The notes below the pieces were generated by a model that was given only the letters and a program-made list of their open reading frames with translations, did not search any database and was not told the DNA's origin. DNA of 64,000 nt, from contig DAHVNA010000002.1 in the NCBI GenBank assembly GCA_027319565.1, positions 56,093 through 120,092 on the forward strand. Direction: 5' to 3'. A program made the position numbers and the translations under genes. The stretch comes from Elusimicrobiota bacterium (GTDB lineage Bacteria > Elusimicrobiota > Elusimicrobia > UBA1565 > UBA9628). Numbering within the stretch: position 1 is the first letter of the stretch; every line of letters begins with the position of its first letter. This document shows, piece by piece, positions 20,125 through 30,545 of this stretch.

Positions 20125-20712
20125 TTATTTCTTAACGAATCGCCAACCCAGCGGGAGAAGCCCGGCGGAAAGAATGGATTTAAGAATATCGCCGGCGAGA
20201 AACGGGTAAAACCCCTTGGCGAGAAGGCTTCCCTTAGAAACATATAAAGAAAGAACGACCAGGCCAAAAGCCAAAATCACGAAACTTCCCAGCATCATTT
20301 GAGAGAAAGCGGTCAAAGGATCCCGGTCCCAGCCGCGCTCGGATAAAAGCCCCACCAAATAAGACGCCGGGATAAAGCCGATAAGGTAGCCTCCGGTCGC
20401 ACCCAAGAAAACGTGCCAACCGGAAGAAGCCCCGGCGAAAAACGGCAGCCCCAAAGCCCCTAAAACGAGATAGAGACCGACGCTCGCCAAAGCCCGGCGC
20501 GGCCCTAAAAGCGCGGCGGCATAGAGAACCCCAAAAGTCGAACCCGTCAAAGGAACGGGAGTAAAAGGAAGCGGAATCGTAATTTGAGCGCACAAGGCGA
20601 TCAAAAGAGAAGCCCCCAACACCCAAAGGGCCGAAGAAACGCTGACTGATTTTGGAGACAAGTTTTCCGAAAAAGAAAGACAGCGGGAACCGGACGCCAT
20701 TGAGGAATTCAT
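20125..20712 (-). CDS. bioY: Biotin transporter S-component
   Basis: PFTPVPLTG, GLPFFAG, TGGYLIGF and PFLAGD motifs. Confidence 0.92.
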   Translation of the reverse strand: MNSSMASGSRCLSFSENLSPKSVSVSSALWVLGASLLIALCAQITIPLPFTPVPLTGSTFGVLYAAALLGPRRALASVGLYLVLGALGLPFFAGASSGWHVFLGATGGYLIGFIPASYLVGLLSERGWDRDPLTAFSQMMLGSFVILAFGLVVLSLYVSKGSLLAKGFYPFLAGDILKSILSAGLLPLGWRFVKK

Positions 20713-20743
20713 GCTCTCATTCTACCTTTTTCGAGTTAAAAAT

Positions 20744-20777
20744 ACAAAACCCGCCGAAAAATTTCGGCGGGTTTTGT
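20744..20777 (-). terminator. Intrinsic terminator downstream of cspA
   Basis: Inverted repeat ACAAAACCCGCCGAAA-AA-TTTCGGCGGGTTTTGT with T-runs on both strands. Confidence 0.85.
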
Positions 20778-20800
20778 TTAAGAACGCCTACTGAAGGCGC

Positions 20801-21004
20801 TTAGAGCTTTTTAACGTTGGTCGCTCTGGGACCTTTGTCCGACTGCTGGATTTCGAACTCAACCGATTGATTCTCGGCTAAGGTCTTAAACCCATCGCCC
20901 GTAATGGCGCTGTGATGGACAAACAAGTCCTTGGACCCGTCGTCCGGGGTGATGAACCCGAAGCCCTTCTGATCATTAAACCACTTCACTTTTCCTGTAG
21001 GCAT
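20801..21004 (-). CDS. cspA: Cold-shock protein
   Basis: GKVKWFN, KGFGFI and LFVHHS motifs. Confidence 0.96.
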   Translation of the reverse strand: MPTGKVKWFNDQKGFGFITPDDGSKDLFVHHSAITGDGFKTLAENQSVEFEIQQSDKGPRATNVKKL

Positions 21005-21078
21005 TCCTGTTACTATCCTCTTTATGTTACTGACAATGGCCGCCTAATTCGCGGCTGGCCTTATTAGGGCCTGCTTTT

Positions 21079-21087
21079 ATTATAGCA
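21079..21087 (-). promoter_or_regulatory. Extended -10 promoter of cspA
   Basis: TGcTATAAT on the minus strand, about 75 nt upstream of the ATG. Confidence 0.6.
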
Positions 21088-21125
21088 CGAATTTTTAAAA
21101 TTTAGACGAAAAAATTTGTCGCGAT

Positions 21126-22403
21126 CTAGGTATGGAGTTTCAAAAGAGAGGCAATAGATAAAACGACGCCGCGGACCTGTGGGGCAAAAGCCCAAAGGGA
21201 AAGGTTGAGCCCGCCCCACAAGGAAAAAATCTTCCAAAAATTTTTCCCGAAATGCTCTCTTAAATCTCGGGCTCCCAGGGTCGCTAAAATTAACAGCATC
21301 GGAGACAAAACCTGTCTATAGCGGGAAACCGGGCCGCCGGCCAGTGTATGAACCAGGACATATAAGACTAGCATGATCCACAAGGGAAACATCTGGGGAA
21401 AATAGCGCACCCTGAAAAAGGCCCACAACCAAAGCGGAACAAAAAGCACATAGCTCCAGTCATAGCTGGGCAAAAAAGGATAAAAAACAGACAAGGCATT
21501 GACCGCATAAGCCTTGACGATTTTAAAAGCCGGAGTCAAATGCCATAGCCGGATAAATTCTCTCTTGTAAAACTCCTCCCGTTCGACACTCCCCAAATTC
21601 TCCGGAGCGCGCTTAGACTTTGAAATATCCCCCAAGTGTTCTAACGGCAAGGCTAGTCCCATATAGATTCCAGCTTCTCCTTGCCCGGAAGACGGAATTA
21701 AGCGGTGAAACAAATTCCAATTGCGCGCCATCCAGGGAGTAAAGGCGGCGAGAAAAACCGCGCCCCAAACCCAGCCTTTAATTTGTTTTCCTGAGTTTTT
21801 CGATAAAACCGGAGGATAACCCAGGCATAAAACGAGCGCGAAAAGCCCAAATTCAGGACGAACAAAGGAAAGCGCCGCGCAAACTAACGACAACACCGCG
21901 GATTTAACGTTCACAGAATTTTCCCAACAAAACCACAAATACCAAAATAAAGAGATAAGAGGAATGGCCAGGCCCTCGCTGAGAATCTGGGCGGAAGGTT
22001 CAATGGCGTCATAAAGAATCGCCAAGGATATACCGCAGAAAAAACCCCAGTCTTCTCCTCCCAATTTTCGCATAATCAAAAATAAAAGCAGACATGAAAA
22101 GGCTCCCAAAATAACCTGCGCGCTCTGAACCGCCAGCGGAGAAACCCCACAAACTCGATAGATGAAATAGAGAAACACAGGATAACCCGGCATTCTAAAT
22201 AATTGATCGCCTTGATCGTTTTGATAAGATCCGTCTTTAAGAAGATGAACGGCATAGGATTGATAATCCTTTGCGTCGCCGTCCCAGGCAAATTTCGGAT
22301 TTTGGGCGTTCATCCAAAAGACAAAAACGCCCCGGATGAGAAGCGCGATTAGAAACACAAACCCGGAAACGGGAAAAGGTTTTTTAGTCTCGACCAGGCT
22401 CAA
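21126..22403 (-). CDS. GT-C (ArnT/PMT-like) membrane glycosyltransferase
   Basis: D..DY, RMPGYP.FL, LSE.L, VRP, PWMARN and RYR motifs; many transmembrane helices. Confidence 0.72.
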   Translation of the reverse strand: MSLVETKKPFPVSGFVFLIALLIRGVFVFWMNAQNPKFAWDGDAKDYQSYAVHLLKDGSYQNDQGDQLFRMPGYPVFLYFIYRVCGVSPLAVQSAQVILGAFSCLLLFLIMRKLGGEDWGFFCGISLAILYDAIEPSAQILSEGLAIPLISLFWYLWFCWENSVNVKSAVLSLVCAALSFVRPEFGLFALVLCLGYPPVLSKNSGKQIKGWVWGAVFLAAFTPWMARNWNLFHRLIPSSGQGEAGIYMGLALPLEHLGDISKSKRAPENLGSVEREEFYKREFIRLWHLTPAFKIVKAYAVNALSVFYPFLPSYDWSYVLFVPLWLWAFFRVRYFPQMFPLWIMLVLYVLVHTLAGGPVSRYRQVLSPMLLILATLGARDLREHFGKNFWKIFSLWGGLNLSLWAFAPQVRGVVLSIASLLKLHT

Positions 22404-22887
22404 ACTTTTCCTTTAACTTTTTTGCGATATCCGGCAAGACGAAAGAATCGGCAGAAGCCCCCAGACGAGCCACTTCCTTGACCATTGAAGAGGCAAAATA
22501 GGTGTATCTCTCGTCGGGCATCAAAAAAACCGTCTCGACATCGGGATAAAGGGTCCGGTTAAAAGAGGCCAGCTGAAATTCGTAATCCATATCGCTGACC
22601 ACCCTGAGACCTCGAATCAGAACCTGAATTCCTTTTTTTCTGAGATAATCCACAAGTAGGCCCGAAAAGACGTCCGCTTCGGCGTTGGGAATTTTCTTGA
22701 TCGCCCCGCGAACCATCTCAAGGCGCTCTTGGGCCGAAAACGTGTGCTTTTTAGCCGGATTATCCGCCACGGCCACCAGCACCCGCTCGAACATTTTAGC
22801 AGCGCGAAAAACGATATCTAAATGTCCCAAGGTGGGAGGGTCAAAGCTTCCGGGATAGACCGCAATGCGGTTCTTTGAATTAGGCAT
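22384..22887 (-). CDS. coaD: Phosphopantetheine adenylyltransferase
   Basis: YPGSFDPPTLGH, RGLR..SD..YE and SSMVKE motifs. Confidence 0.96.
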   Translation of the reverse strand: MPNSKNRIAVYPGSFDPPTLGHLDIVFRAAKMFERVLVAVADNPAKKHTFSAQERLEMVRGAIKKIPNAEADVFSGLLVDYLRKKGIQVLIRGLRVVSDMDYEFQLASFNRTLYPDVETVFLMPDERYTYFASSMVKEVARLGASADSFVLPDIAKKLKEKFEPGRD

Positions 22888-22945
22888 ACGAAGAATCTAC
22901 AAAAAAATAAGCGGGAACGGCTGGCTTTTTGCTAACATCGTTTCA

Positions 22946-24160
22946 GTGCTTATCCTAGAATCGGTCGCGCTCGCTTTGGCGTTTCTGATGTCATTATTTA
23001 CTTTTATGCGCTTATTTTCCCGGCACACCTATCGTCAAACTCCCGCGAAAAATAATTCCGCCGGCGATGTGGGTTGGGAAAAATTAGATCAGCTTCTGGA
23101 TATGCTTTCAAATCTGCAGGAAGAAGGCGTCTCCTATTCGGGGCTAGTCTCAAGAGAAGATTTTGGAAAAGCGGTTTTAAAAGCCGCCTGCCGTCTGATG
23201 AATTGCGAGCGCGGCTCGATCATGCTTTGGGAAGAAAGCGGCGGACATCTTAAAATCGTCGCCGCCGTTCCAGAAACGGGAAAGCCCCAAACTCTTTTTC
23301 TCAAACCGGGGGAAGGAATCGCCGGAGAAGCGTTCTCTAAAGCCCAGACTATTTTGATCGAAGACCCCTCTTCTGATCCGCGATATTTATCTTCCCAAAA
23401 CCACACTCACCCGTTTTTATCAATGCCGCTTTTAATTCAGTCAAAGCCGATCGGTGTTCTCAATCTTCATGCCACCGGAAACGCGGCTCCTTTTAAAGAC
23501 CACAACGCGAAATTTTTAAAAATTCTCGCCTCCGAAGCGGCTGTCACCTTTCACAACCTAGAGCTCTTTGAGCGTTTGGAAACTTTTTATCTTGAAATGG
23601 TCAAGACTCTTGCACGCGCGGTGGACTCCAAGGATCACTACACCCATGAGCACTCCGATCGGGCTTCCAGCAGGGCCAAACGGCTGGCCAAGGCCCTTGA
23701 TCTTGATCCGACCTATGCCCGCTACGTCGAATATGCGGCGCTGCTTCACGATATCGGAAAAATCGGCATTGACGAAGCGATTCTCAATAAACCTGGGAAA
23801 TTGACGGCGGAAGAATACGAAGAGATGAAAAAGCATCCCCTGATCGGGCATCAAATCTTGGCTCCGGTCAAATTTTTAGGACCGGTCGCTCAGATGGTTC
23901 TCCATCATCAGGAATGGTATGACGGACGCGGATATCCCAGCGGGCTTAAAGGCGAAAAAATACCTCTCGGTTCCCGGATTGTCGCCGTCATAGACGCTTG
24001 GGACGCCATGACCTCCGATCGCCCCTACCGCAAAGCTTTGGGACGGGAAAAAGCCATCGCGGAATTGCAAAAAGGAGCGGGCACGCAATTTGATCCCGCG
24101 GTGGTCGAGGCCTTTCTTAAAATAGAAGCGGAAGAAGGCCTTGCCCCCCAGAGATCGTGA
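22946..24160 (+). CDS. TM-GAF-HD-GYP cyclic di-nucleotide phosphodiesterase
   Basis: GAF domain (GEGIAG, IGVLNL), HDIGK, HHQEWYDGRGYP, DAMTSDRPYR and GTQFDP. GTG 22946 preferred because the longer ORF overlaps the coaD start. Confidence 0.9.
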   Translation: MLILESVALALAFLMSLFTFMRLFSRHTYRQTPAKNNSAGDVGWEKLDQLLDMLSNLQEEGVSYSGLVSREDFGKAVLKAACRLMNCERGSIMLWEESGGHLKIVAAVPETGKPQTLFLKPGEGIAGEAFSKAQTILIEDPSSDPRYLSSQNHTHPFLSMPLLIQSKPIGVLNLHATGNAAPFKDHNAKFLKILASEAAVTFHNLELFERLETFYLEMVKTLARAVDSKDHYTHEHSDRASSRAKRLAKALDLDPTYARYVEYAALLHDIGKIGIDEAILNKPGKLTAEEYEEMKKHPLIGHQILAPVKFLGPVAQMVLHHQEWYDGRGYPSGLKGEKIPLGSRIVAVIDAWDAMTSDRPYRKALGREKAIAELQKGAGTQFDPAVVEAFLKIEAEEGLAPQRS

Positions 24161-24852
24161 TGCTGACGATCGTACCCACTCCCATCGGGAATTTGGGAGA
24201 TATGGGGCCCCGCGGGCTTGAAGCGCTTAAAAAAGCCTCCATTATTTATTGTGAAGACACCCGGAGAACGCGCATTCTCACTTCTTATTTTGGAATTTCA
24301 TCCCCGCTCAAACGATACGACGAACATAATCCAAAAATTTTAAGGCAAATGATTGACGAACTCAAAAGCGGGAAATCCCTCGCCTTGGTTTCCGATGGCG
24401 GCCTTCCGGGAATCTCGGACCCCGGACACAAGATTGTCGCTTTGGCTCGAAGAGAAAAGATAGAAGTTTCGGCGATCCCCGGCCCCAGCGCGGTCGTAAC
24501 GGCCCTGGCCGCTTCCGGCCTTCCCGCCGACTCTTTTATTTTTCTGGGTTTCTTGCCCAGATCCCCGGGAAAACGAAAACGCATTTTGGAAGCCCTGGCC
24601 CCCCTTCAGAGAACCATCGTCATTTATGAATCCCCTTTTCGCGTCAAAAATTTGATGAAGGAACTTTCCGAGGTTTTTGTTTCAACGGCCCAGTGCGCGG
24701 TTGCCCGAGAAATTTCTAAAATACATGAGGAATGGTTTTATGGGAACCTCGGCGAGGTCTCAGACCAAATACAGTCAAAGGAAACCGTTCTCGGAGAATT
24801 TGTCGTGATGATTCATCCTAAAGGAGACTTATTTCATGGGCCTGAAAGTTGA
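24157..24852 (+). CDS. rsmI: 16S rRNA C1402 2'-O-methyltransferase
   Basis: TPIGNLGD, CEDTR, SDGGLPGISDPG, PGPSA, YESPFR and REISK.HEE motifs. Confidence 0.95.
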   Translation: MMLTIVPTPIGNLGDMGPRGLEALKKASIIYCEDTRRTRILTSYFGISSPLKRYDEHNPKILRQMIDELKSGKSLALVSDGGLPGISDPGHKIVALARREKIEVSAIPGPSAVVTALAASGLPADSFIFLGFLPRSPGKRKRILEALAPLQRTIVIYESPFRVKNLMKELSEVFVSTAQCAVAREISKIHEEWFYGNLGEVSDQIQSKETVLGEFVVMIHPKGDLFHGPES

Positions 24853-25513
24853 TACGCAGATTTTTCACTTAGGAGAGACTGGCAAGCTGCCGGAAGAATC
24901 CATTCAAGCCTTGGCCGCCGCCGCAAAGGCTTCCCGAATCATCATTTTTCCGACCGACACCGTTTACGGCGTGGGTTCGACCGGCCTAATCAAGGCCGCC
25001 TCCCGACGCATTTATCAGATTAAAGCCCGCCCCAGCATCAAACCGCTTCCGGTTTTAGTCTGGTCGGTCGAAGAAGCCAAAAAATGGGTTCAATGGACCG
25101 AGCAAGCGGAAAAATTGTCCAAGAAATTTTGGCCGGGAGCTTTAACCTTGGTTTTAAAGCCCACGCAACAAGGGAAAATATTGACCTTCCCGGAATATCA
25201 GACAGTCGCCATTCGCGTTCCCAATCATCCCTTGCTCAACGAGATTATCAAAGCCTCGGGAGCGCCCTGGGTGTCGACTAGCGCCAATATCTCCGGTTCT
25301 CCGGCGATGTCGAAGGGAGAAGACGTGGTTTCCACTTTCAGAGGAGTCGTCGATTATATCGTCGCCTCCGGAAATACCCCGGGCGGAGAATCCAGCGTCA
25401 TCGACGCGACCGGCAAAACCATTCGCATTTTAAGGGAAGGAAAAATTTCCGCATCCGAAGCTTTCGCCGTTTGTCCTCCAGAAAACGCCTCGGCGGCGGG
25501 AGCGCAAAAATGA
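24836..25513 (+). CDS. tsaC: L-threonylcarbamoyladenylate synthase (Sua5/YrdC)
   Basis: [20 protein letters not shown] and STSANISG motifs. Confidence 0.92.
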   Translation: MGLKVDTQIFHLGETGKLPEESIQALAAAAKASRIIIFPTDTVYGVGSTGLIKAASRRIYQIKARPSIKPLPVLVWSVEEAKKWVQWTEQAEKLSKKFWPGALTLVLKPTQQGKILTFPEYQTVAIRVPNHPLLNEIIKASGAPWVSTSANISGSPAMSKGEDVVSTFRGVVDYIVASGNTPGGESSVIDATGKTIRILREGKISASEAFAVCPPENASAAGAQK

Positions 25514-26775
25514 ACTCTATTCTCGAACGACAAGACCCTGAAATTTACCGCGCCATCGTTCTTGAAAATGAAAGGCAAAGAGACAATCTCGAACTCATCG
25601 CTTCCGAAAATTACGTCTCCCCCGCGGTCCTAGAAGCCCAAGGTTCGATTCTGACCAACAAATATGCCGAGGGATATCCGGGAAAACGCTATTACGGGGG
25701 ATGCGAATTCGTGGATATCGCGGAAAAATTGGCGATTGAACGGGCGCAAACCCTTTTTCACGCCGAGCACGCCAATGTTCAGCCCCATTCCGGAACCCAG
25801 GCCAATATGGCGGTCTATCTTTCGGTTTTAAAACCCGGAGACGCGGTGATGGGCCTCAACCTGGCCCACGGAGGACATCTCTCCCATGGACATCCCCTCA
25901 ATTTCTCGGGAAAATATTTCAACATCATTCCAATTAACGTATCTAAGGAAACCGAACTGATTGATTATGATGAGGCCGAGCGTTCGGCCTTGGAACACAA
26001 GCCGCGCTTGATTTTTGCCGGGGCCTCGAACTATTCCCGCAAATTCGACTGGATACGCCTTAAAAAGATTGCGGATTCCGTGGGGGCTTTTTTCGCCGCC
26101 GATGTCGCCCATTACGCGGGGCTTATCGCCGCGGAAATTTATCCCTCTCCCGTGCCCTTGGCGGATTTCGTCACTTCGACAACCCATAAAACCCTGCGCG
26201 GCCCTAGAGGCGGGCTCATTTTGTCCAAATCCGCCCATCAAGCGAATCTCGATAAGATTATGTTCCCGGGAATTCAAGGCGGACCCTTGATGCATATTAT
26301 CGCGGCCAAGGCCGTCTGCTTTGGAGAAGCCCTCAAGCCGGAATTCCGGCAATACCAGGCCCAAATCCTCGCTAATGCCCGCAAACTGGCGGACGAATTG
26401 AAATCAAAAGGCTTCCGGATCGTCGCGGGCGGAACGGACTGTCATCTGTTTTCCGTCGATCTGCGAGCGAAAAATATAACCGGGAAAGAAGCCGAGGAGG
26501 CTTTGGATAAAGCCGGCATCACCGTCAATAAAAATTCGATTCCATATGATCCGCAAAAACCATTTATCGCTTCCGGAATCCGTATTGGAACTCCGGCCAT
26601 TACCACGCGCGGGATGAAAGAAAACGAGATGGTCCACATCGCCAATCTCATTAATGAAGCTCTGTCAAAATCGAAAGATGAAGCCGGGCTCAAAGCGATC
26701 AGGGGCGAGGTTAAAAAACTCTGCTCTCGCTTTCCAGTTCCGACCCAAGAAAATTTAAAAGTAGCCGCCGTCTAA
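25510..26775 (+). CDS. glyA: Serine hydroxymethyltransferase
   Basis: [21 protein letters not shown] and [12 protein letters not shown] motifs; ATG at 25510. Confidence 0.98.
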   Translation: MNSILERQDPEIYRAIVLENERQRDNLELIASENYVSPAVLEAQGSILTNKYAEGYPGKRYYGGCEFVDIAEKLAIERAQTLFHAEHANVQPHSGTQANMAVYLSVLKPGDAVMGLNLAHGGHLSHGHPLNFSGKYFNIIPINVSKETELIDYDEAERSALEHKPRLIFAGASNYSRKFDWIRLKKIADSVGAFFAADVAHYAGLIAAEIYPSPVPLADFVTSTTHKTLRGPRGGLILSKSAHQANLDKIMFPGIQGGPLMHIIAAKAVCFGEALKPEFRQYQAQILANARKLADELKSKGFRIVAGGTDCHLFSVDLRAKNITGKEAEEALDKAGITVNKNSIPYDPQKPFIASGIRIGTPAITTRGMKENEMVHIANLINEALSKSKDEAGLKAIRGEVKKLCSRFPVPTQENLKVAAV

Positions 26776-26801
26776 TCAAATAAAAAAATAAAGGAAATAT
26801 T

Positions 26802-27677
26802 ATGAAATCATCTTCTAGCAAAAAAGCCAAGGTAGGAATTATCGGGGGAAGCGGTCTTTATGATATGGACGGATTCTCCAATAAACGCCTGCTCAAGGTG
26901 AAAACCCCTTTCGGAGAGCCTTCGGCGCCCTTGATTTTAGGCGAAATTTCCGGAGTTTCCTGCGCTTTTTTGGCGCGACACGGAAACGGGCACACCATTT
27001 TGCCGCAAGAAATCAATGTGCGGGCCAATATCTGGGCGCTTAAATCGGTCGGCGTTGAGCGCTTGATCGGAGTGACCGCGGTCGGATCTTTGAAGGAAGA
27101 AGTCTCTCCGCGGCATTTCGTTTTTCCGGACCAGATTTTCGATCTCACCCATGGCCGTAACGCCACTTTCTTTGGAAACGGAATCGTCGCCCATACGGCT
27201 TTTCACACTCCGTTTTGCCTTGAGCAATCGAAAATCCTTTTTGAAAAATCAAAAGCCTTGGGGGTTTCGACTCACCAAGGAGGAACCTACCTTTGCATGC
27301 AGGGACCTCTTTTTTCGACCAAGGCCGAATCCCGCTTCTACAAGGGTCTCGGCTTTTCCGTCATCGGCATGACGGCCGCAACCGAGGCAAAACTCGCCAG
27401 AGAAGCCGAACTGTGCTACTCCCTGATTAGCCTCGTCACCGATTACGATTGCTGGAAAGACGGAGAAGAAGTTTCCGCCGACATCGTCACCTCCGTCATG
27501 CATGACAATTCCAAGAACGCTCAAAAACTTCTTATTTCGGCCATCTCCGATATCGCCAATCGCAAGCCCCAATGCTCTTGTCCAGAAGCCATGAAACACG
27601 CGATTGTCACCGCTCCCAAATCCATTAAGCCGGCGGCGAAAAAGAAACTATCCTTGATTATTGGGAAATATATTTAA
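26802..27677 (+). CDS. mtnP: S-methyl-5'-thioadenosine phosphorylase
   Basis: GIIGGSGLY, TPFG, RHG..H, GP.FST.AES, GMT and TDYDCW motifs. Confidence 0.92.
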   Translation: MKSSSSKKAKVGIIGGSGLYDMDGFSNKRLLKVKTPFGEPSAPLILGEISGVSCAFLARHGNGHTILPQEINVRANIWALKSVGVERLIGVTAVGSLKEEVSPRHFVFPDQIFDLTHGRNATFFGNGIVAHTAFHTPFCLEQSKILFEKSKALGVSTHQGGTYLCMQGPLFSTKAESRFYKGLGFSVIGMTAATEAKLAREAELCYSLISLVTDYDCWKDGEEVSADIVTSVMHDNSKNAQKLLISAISDIANRKPQCSCPEAMKHAIVTAPKSIKPAAKKKLSLIIGKYI

Positions 27678-28108
27678 TGCCTCAAGACCGCAAGACACTC
27701 AGCCGAGCTCAAAAAAATAAGCTCATTGAGCTTGCCCTCAAAGCGCGCAAAAGCGCCTATTGCCCCTATTCCCATTATGCGGTCGGAGCGGCGGTTTTAA
27801 CTTCCTCCGGAAAAATTTATTCCGGGTGCAATGTTGAAAATTCTTCATATGGGCTCAGCATCTGCGCGGAGAGAAACGCCATTTTTAATGCTGTTGCCTG
27901 CGGAGATAAAAAAATAATCGCTCTGAGTGTCGCGACCAAATCGCCCAAACCCTGCGGGGCTTGCCGACAGGTACTCATGGAGTTTGCCGGGCATGGGAGC
28001 CCGGTTTTATTAGTGGACGTCTCTTTAAAAGACCCTTTTTCCAACATATTAGAAACGACCGCGGGACACTTACTCCCGTGGGCCTTTGTGTTTCACCAGA
28101 GAAAATAA
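27677..28108 (+). CDS. cdd: Cytidine deaminase (homotetrameric type)
   Basis: AYCPYS, GCNVEN, CAER and PCGACRQ motifs. Confidence 0.94.
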   Translation: MPQDRKTLSRAQKNKLIELALKARKSAYCPYSHYAVGAAVLTSSGKIYSGCNVENSSYGLSICAERNAIFNAVACGDKKIIALSVATKSPKPCGACRQVLMEFAGHGSPVLLVDVSLKDPFSNILETTAGHLLPWAFVFHQRK

Positions 28109-28175
28109 AACTCAAATCCCGGCCCTCGGCTTTTTAAAATTGCTAAAATGAATATGGGCCTCTTAAGGGAAAAAT

Positions 28176-28568
28176 ATGAGAACAGAAGAGATTAAAGAGA
28201 TTCTTAATTGGGTCAAAAGCACGGATTTAACGCAAGTCTCGCTTAAAGAAAAGGGATCCGGGTTTGGATTTTCAACCTCAGAACATCCCGATGAATCCTT
28301 CGCGGAAATGCCCGCCCCCCACTATCAATGCGTATCGGCTCCGGCGATAGGAACTTTTCATTGGTCCCGACCAGGACACCCGCAAAAAGTAGAGGAGGGA
28401 ATTTCTCTTCTCTCGGAGGAAGTCATCGGTTACATCGAGACCTTGCCGGGAAAAACCGTTCCGGTCAAAATTTCCTCCTCCGGCAAGGTGGCTCGCATCT
28501 TAGTTGAAGAATCAAGCCCCGTCGCTTACGGACAAGCCTTGATTTTTATCGAGCCAGACGGGAAGTAA
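28176..28568 (+). CDS. AccB-like biotinyl/lipoyl-fold protein lacking the AMKM biotinylation motif
   Basis: AccB-like N-terminus (EEIKEILNWVKSTDL) and C-terminus (SAPAIGTF, SGKVARILVE..PVAYGQALIFI). IETLPGK replaces EAMKM. Lies directly upstream of accC. Confidence 0.75.
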   Translation: MRTEEIKEILNWVKSTDLTQVSLKEKGSGFGFSTSEHPDESFAEMPAPHYQCVSAPAIGTFHWSRPGHPQKVEEGISLLSEEVIGYIETLPGKTVPVKISSSGKVARILVEESSPVAYGQALIFIEPDGK

Positions 28569-28570
28569 TC

Positions 28571-29923
28571 GTGTTTAAAAAAATTCTGATCGCCAATAGA
28601 GGCGAAATCGCTCTCCGCGTCATTCGCGCCTGCCGCGAAATGGGCATCCAATCGGTCGCCGTTTACTCCGAAGCCGATCGCGAATCCATGCATGTGCGGA
28701 TGGCCGATGAGGCTTATTGCATTGGCCCGGCGCCAGCCAAACAAAGCTATCTTAATTCCGAAGCCCTTTTGACGGCAGCGCGCATAAGCCAAGCCGAAGC
28801 CGTTCACCCGGGATACGGATTTCTCTCTGAAAACGCGGATTTTTCCGAGGCCTGCGCCAAAAACGGAATCGTTTTTATCGGCCCTTCAGCTTCTGCCATC
28901 CGAAAACTCGGCTATAAAAGCACCGCCAAGACCTTGGCCCGGGAGGCGGGCGTGCCGGTCGTTCCAGGAACCCAGGGACTCGTTGACGAACATTTCATGA
29001 AAGAAGCCCAGGCCGTGGGTTTTCCGGTCATGGTCAAAGCCGCCTCTGGCGGAGGCGGGAAAGGGCTTAGGCTTGTCCGCGATCCCAAAGAGTTAGAAGC
29101 GCAGCTCAAACTCGCTCAAAGCGAAGCCCAAGCCGCTTTTGGAGACGGCTCGGTCTATATCGAAAAATTTATCGAACGCCCGCGGCACGTCGAAATTCAA
29201 ATCGCCGCCGATAATTTCGGAAACGTCGTCGCTTTCCCAGAAAGAGATTGCACGGTTCAAAGGCGGCATCAAAAATTGATCGAGGAATCGCCTTCCCCCA
29301 AGGTGACGCCGGAAATCCGCGCTAAAATGCAAGAAGCGGCGCGAAAATTAGCCTTGGCCGCCAAATATTCCAATGTCGGCACCGTTGAATTTCTGCTGGG
29401 CCCAGACGGCAATTTTTATTTTATCGAGGTCAACACCCGGCTTCAAGTCGAACACCCGGTCACCGAATCCGTCACCGGTCTTGATCTTGTCAACACCCAA
29501 ATTCGCCTGGCCGCGGGCGAAAAGCTTCCGTTTGACCAAGCGCGCGCCTCTGAAATTCATTTTCATTCCATAGAACACCGAATCAACGCCGAGGACCCGG
29601 ATAATAATTTCGCGCCGTCTCCGGGAAAAATTTCGGAAGTCATTTTTCCAGGCGGCTGCGGGGTGCGTCTTGACACCCATATTTATTCGGGATACACCGT
29701 GCCCAGTTTTTACGATAGTCTGATCGCCAAACTCATCGTTTTTTCTTCCGACAGGAATAACGCCGTCAAACGGAGTCTTCGCGCTCTGTCGGAACTTCAG
29801 ACCCCGGGAATTAAAACGACCAGGGATTTTCATAAAAAAGTCCTGTCTCATCAAGATTTTCTCTCTGGAGATTTTGACACTTCCTTCGTTGAAAAATATT
29901 TTCTTCCTAATTCCAAGCATTAG
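28571..29923 (+). CDS. accC: Biotin carboxylase
   Basis: ILIANRGEIA, HPGYGFLSEN, GGGGKG, QRRHQK, NTRLQVEHPVTE and YDSLIAK motifs. Confidence 0.97.
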   Translation: MFKKILIANRGEIALRVIRACREMGIQSVAVYSEADRESMHVRMADEAYCIGPAPAKQSYLNSEALLTAARISQAEAVHPGYGFLSENADFSEACAKNGIVFIGPSASAIRKLGYKSTAKTLAREAGVPVVPGTQGLVDEHFMKEAQAVGFPVMVKAASGGGGKGLRLVRDPKELEAQLKLAQSEAQAAFGDGSVYIEKFIERPRHVEIQIAADNFGNVVAFPERDCTVQRRHQKLIEESPSPKVTPEIRAKMQEAARKLALAAKYSNVGTVEFLLGPDGNFYFIEVNTRLQVEHPVTESVTGLDLVNTQIRLAAGEKLPFDQARASEIHFHSIEHRINAEDPDNNFAPSPGKISEVIFPGGCGVRLDTHIYSGYTVPSFYDSLIAKLIVFSSDRNNAVKRSLRALSELQTPGIKTTRDFHKKVLSHQDFLSGDFDTSFVEKYFLPNSKH

Positions 29924-30545
29924 AAATCTGCGGACCTCTCTATTTTTACTCGCTTTTCTTCTGATGCCGAAAGCGGTTTTGTCTTGCCCCAATCTGATTG
30001 ATTGTTCGCCCCAAAGCCCCCATATCAGCGGGCCATGGGCTCTCTTTACGACTCCTTATTTCCCCTTGGCGATGACGACCTTAACCGCCGGAAGCGCGAT
30101 CTGGGATGGAGCCCAAACGCGCTTTGGAAAAACTCTTTGGCAGAGTCTTGATTCCGCCGTCATCGCCTCCGTTTCCAACACCGGAATGAAATATGCTTTT
30201 CAAAGGGCCCGGCCGACCCAAAACCTGGGGGCCAACGCCTGGTTTTCCGGACCGCAAAGCCAAAGCTTTCCCTCTAGCGACGTGTCCAACACCGCAGCTC
30301 TTGTCTCTCCTTTTATTTATGAATATGGTTCGGATCACCCGATGGTGTATCTTCTGACTCTTTTGCCCGTCGCCGACGCGGCGGCCAGAGTCGAAGCGCG
30401 CGGACATTACCCGACAGACACTCTTGGAGGCATGGCCTTGGGTTTTGCCAGCGGCTGGGCGGCCAGGCATTTTTTCAAATCGCCGTTTACCTTGCAGATT
30501 ATTCCGGGAAGAGACTGGTCCGTCGGAATATCGCGAAAATTCTAA
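29874..30545 (+). CDS. PAP2 family phosphatase-like membrane protein (start uncertain)
   Basis: KYAFQRARP (C1), SFPSSD (variant C2) and ARVEARGHYPTD (C3). Confidence 0.75.
   Translation: MTLPSLKNIFFLIPSIRNLRTSLFLLAFLLMPKAVLSCPNLIDCSPQSPHISGPWALFTTPYFPLAMTTLTAGSAIWDGAQTRFGKTLWQSLDSAVIASVSNTGMKYAFQRARPTQNLGANAWFSGPQSQSFPSSDVSNTAALVSPFIYEYGSDHPMVYLLTLLPVADAAARVEARGHYPTDTLGGMALGFASGWAARHFFKSPFTLQIIPGRDWSVGISRKF

Noticed and set aside
22865..22945. Head-to-head overlap of the HD-GYP gene with coaD
   Set aside because: GTG 22946, with its own extended -10, removes the overlap.
25828..29992. Long antisense ORFs over glyA, mtnP and accC (e.g. 25828..26364, 29348..29992), and similar ones over gyrA/gyrB
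   Set aside because: Shadow ORFs of conserved genes with no independent motifs or translation signals.
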